64,000 nucleotides of DNA from Chiloscyllium plagiosum (taxonomy: Eukaryota), in contig NC_057718.1 in NCBI RefSeq assembly GCF_004010195.1, forward strand, positions 99,559,822 to 99,623,821, written 5' to 3'. The position numbers were made by a program, and so were the translations under genes. The notes beneath the pieces are model-generated. The model saw only the letters and a list, made by a program, of their open reading frames with translations, was not told the DNA's origin and made no database searches. Below, piece after piece: positions 60,610 through 64,000 of the stretch (the first letter of the stretch is position 1; every line of letters starts with the position of its first letter).

Positions 60610-63200
60610 TAAAACCCAGGTGAAGGTTTGAGAAAACTGATAAGGAATACATGATAGATAGACTAATAAGACTTAACGTTCACAAGGATTTGGGAATAGA
60701 TGAATTGCATCCAAGAATATTGAAGGAAATGGGACATTGCCGGGATATTGGCCAAAGATCTTTCCGTTTTCTGTGGACTCAAGGGATGCGCCAGAAGTCT
60801 AGAAAATTGCAATCATTCTAGTCTTGTTCAGTAAATGTTCAAAGGATAATTACAGACCAGTCAATTTAACTTCAATCATGAGGAAGCTTCTCGAAGCAAT
60901 TATGTGGGGCGATCATATGAATAGAAAAGTGGGGTAATGAGGATTAACCAATGTGGATTTCTAAAGATGAAATAAAATTTCAATAACTAGCTGGATTTAA
61001 AGGAACTTTCTAGTTATAATCGTATAAGGAGAAGGCAGCTTGTTAAGAGTAATATTGGTCCAATGAAGGCAGAGAGTAGGGATATTGTCAATGACCATAG
61101 GAAAATGGAGGCCATGTTAAGGGATTATTTTGTTTCAATATTCACAGCAGAAAAGGAGGATTGCTTGCTGGAAGTCCCAAAGAAATTAATGGAGGATCAG
61201 CGATAGGCTCTAAGTAAAATTAGCTGAAATAAATAATCAATAATGGGAACATTAAATGGGAATTTTTAGTCCCTACAGTATGGAAACAGGCCTTTCGGCC
61301 TGACAAGTCCACATCAACCCTCTGAAGAGTAACCCATCCAGACCCATTTCCCTTACTCTATATTTACCCCTGACTAATGCACCTAGCAATTGCCAACAGT
61401 GAGTTGGCAATTTAGCATGGCCAACTCACCTAACCTGCATATCTTTGGATTGTGGGAGGAAACCAGAGCTCCCAGAGAGGGCACACGCAGACACGAGGAG
61501 AATGTGCAGACTCCACACAGACAGTCACCCAAGGTAGGACTTAAACCCGGGTCCTGGCACTGTGAGGCAGCATGCTAACCACTAAGCCACTGTATGACAA
61601 ATCCCCAGAACCTGATGGTTTCATCCACAAGTGTTAAAGAAGGTAGGAGAGCACATTGCTGGTGCATTAACCGTAATTTTTCTGAGTTCTCTGGATTCAG
61701 GATTTTACCTCTGGATTGGAAAGTTGCTCATGTCACTCTAATCTTTAAGAAGGGCGACAGAGGGAAACCAGGGAATTACAAACTCGTTAGCCTTACGTCT
61801 GTGGTGGGGGGGACTATACTCAAGGATGGGGTACTGATCACCTCAAAAAAATTCATGGAGAACCAACATGGATTCACAAAGGGTAGGTCATGCCTAACAA
61901 ACCTCATAGAGTTTTTTGAAAAGGTAACAAAGGTGGTGGACAGAGGTAAATTAATGGATGTTGTTTATATGGATTTCCAACAGGCTTTAGATAAAGTCTC
62001 ACATGAGAGACTGTTAGCTAAGGTGGAAACATGTGGAACTGAGGGCAAATTGCCAACATGGAGAGAGAATTGGTTGTGTAGCAGAAAACAGAGAGTTGGA
62101 ATAATGGGTAAGTACTCAAATTGGCAGGACATGACGAGCAGTGTCCCACAGGGATCTGTGCTGGGACCTCAACTGTTTACAATATTCATTAACAACTTGG
62201 ATAATGGCATAAAAAGTCAAATATCCAAATTTGCGAATGACACAAAATTGGGCAGCATTGCAGACAGTGTTGACAACACCATAAAATTACAACAGGATAT
62301 TGATAGATTAGGTGAATGGACAAAGCTGTAACAGGTGCGTTTTAATTTAACAAGGAGAGGGGTTTGGTTGCTTATTTTTATACAAGTGGACAGAGCAGTC
62401 AATAAAGCAAATAGTACCTTCAGCCTTACCAATGAGCTCCAGGGGAAGTGGTGGAGGTTGGTACAATTACAGTAGTTAAAGGGCATCTGGATGGCAATAT
62501 GAAGAGTAAGGGTTTAGAGGGATGTGGGCTAAGTGCTAGCAAATGGGACTAGATTGGGTTGGGATATCTGGGCGGCATGGTCGAGTTGGACAGAAGGGTC
62601 TGTTTCCGTGCTGTATATCTCTAAGAGTCTATGATAATAGGGACACAGAGTACATGAGCAAGGAGGTGATGCTGAAATAACACAAGGCACTTGGTGGGCT
62701 TCAGTTGGAGTCCTATTGGAGTTGTGGGTGACATACTTTAGGAAAGATGTGAGTGCGTTGGAGAGTGTGCAGGAGAGATTTATCAGATTGGTTCCAGAAA
62801 TGCATTATGCAGGTAGGTCGGCAGAAGGGGGTGAGGGACAGTGGTGTGGGAGTTAAGGATGGATGGGAATGTGCTCCATGGAAAAAAGACCAAGAGACGA
62901 TCTGATAGAAAACAATAATATTGGGAAGAAATTAAGACTTAAAGTGATTTGCAAACGCAAGTAGAAACATTTTCAGCCAGCGAGTAGATCAGGTCTGGAA
63001 TACACTGCCTGGAAATATAGTGAAGGCAGGTTCCTTTGACGTGTTCAAGAGGGGTATTGGATGATGATTTAAATGGAAACACTGCGCAAGGGGATGGGGA
63101 AAAGACAGGAGAATGGGACTGAGTCACAATGTTCACTTGGATAACCAATGCAGACTCGATGGACCGAACAGACTCATTCTGCACCTTAACACCTCCATGA
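60610..63200 (+). mobile_element. Composite of decayed CR1 LINE segments, including an RT ORF at 61594-62331, interrupted by HE1 (61268-61592, -) and a younger CR1 3' end (62437-62633)
   Basis: DWKVAHVTLIFKKG, GNYKLVSLTSV, QHGFTKGRSCLTNL, VPQGSVLGPQLF, KFANDTKLG. Confidence 0.9.
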
Positions 63201-63252
63201 TTCCACATTTGATTTCCTGAAAAGTGCATTGACAACTTTTACTATATCAAAA

Positions 63253-63550
63253 GGGGCAGCGTGCTGGCTCAGTGGTTAGCACTGCTGCCTCACAGCACCA
63301 GGAACCGGGGTTCAATTACAGCCCCGGACGACTGGCTGTGTGGAGTTTGCACATTCTCCCTGCGTCTGCGTGGGTTTCCTCCAGGTGCTCCGGTTTCCTC
63401 CCATAATCCAGAGCTGTGCGGGTTAGGTGGATCGGCCATGGGAAATGCAGGGACAGAGTAGGGAAGTGGGGCTGGATGGGATACTATTTGGAGGGGTGGT
63501 GTGGACTTGATGGGTCAAAAGGCCTCCTTCCACACAGTAGGGATTTTATG
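63253..63550 (+). mobile_element. HE1-type V-SINE
   Basis: HE1 head, V-domain and tail. Confidence 0.9.
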
Positions 63551-64000
63551 AAAAGTGTGATTAAAAATGCTTATCGCTGTTATATATCTGGTTATGACCA
63601 ATGCTGTGGGTTCAATTCTTGCACTCACTGAAGTTACCATGAAGAACCTTCCTTCTCAACCTCTCCCCTCATCTGAGACGTGGTCACCCTCAGGTTAAAC
63701 CACCTCTATCTCTCTCTCTCTCTCAAATGAGGGAGCGGCCGAATGGACCTCTGGGATTATGCTGACTTTAACCTTTAAGTTCTGATCATGTGAGTGGGAT
63801 TCAGTGATATAGATCCAGGAGTTGTGCAACCAGTGATAGCAGCATAATGTGACTATGGGAGGCATAATTGCCTCTTAACTGACTTGCACACTGTAAAACC
63901 TGTGGTCTAACGCACTATGACCACAGCTTTTCAAGTTCCACCTCAAGATTACTTAGCCCTGAGATAACCATCTGCTACTCTGGATGAAATTGTTATCTGA

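Noticed and set aside
61594..62331. 245-aa RT ORF as a functional gene
   Set aside because: Catalytic motif reads FAND rather than FADD, deletions are present and the flanking parts are broken

Overview
Eukaryotic, repeat-dominated vertebrate DNA. The repeat content (HE1-type V-SINEs, CR1/HER1-type LINEs, a Deu-domain SINE, Penelope-like termini) points to a shark (inference). The window reads as intronic or intergenic, with a 913-nt assembly gap inside a (CA)n tract. I cannot recognise any intact host protein-coding gene; the long ORFs are decayed CR1 endonuclease/RT segments or translations of repeats. Most notable: (i) about 20 short Penelope-derived units from 4-5 unrelated families, each carrying an intact or decayed minimal hammerhead-ribozyme core (CUGANGA-stem II-GAAA plus a palindromic ACGU/AGCU helix III), many flanked by 8-17 bp target-site duplications and often folded into long hairpins; (ii) a Tc2/pogo DNA-transposon relic with a POGK-like Brinker DNA-binding remnant; (iii) a 32-bp minisatellite amplified from the tip of an LTR; (iv) a ~265-bp unique-looking local duplication with a 42-bp identical core; (v) a few weak minus-strand exon candidates. 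Repeat family names come from recognising the sequence, not from a database search, and boundaries are approximate.
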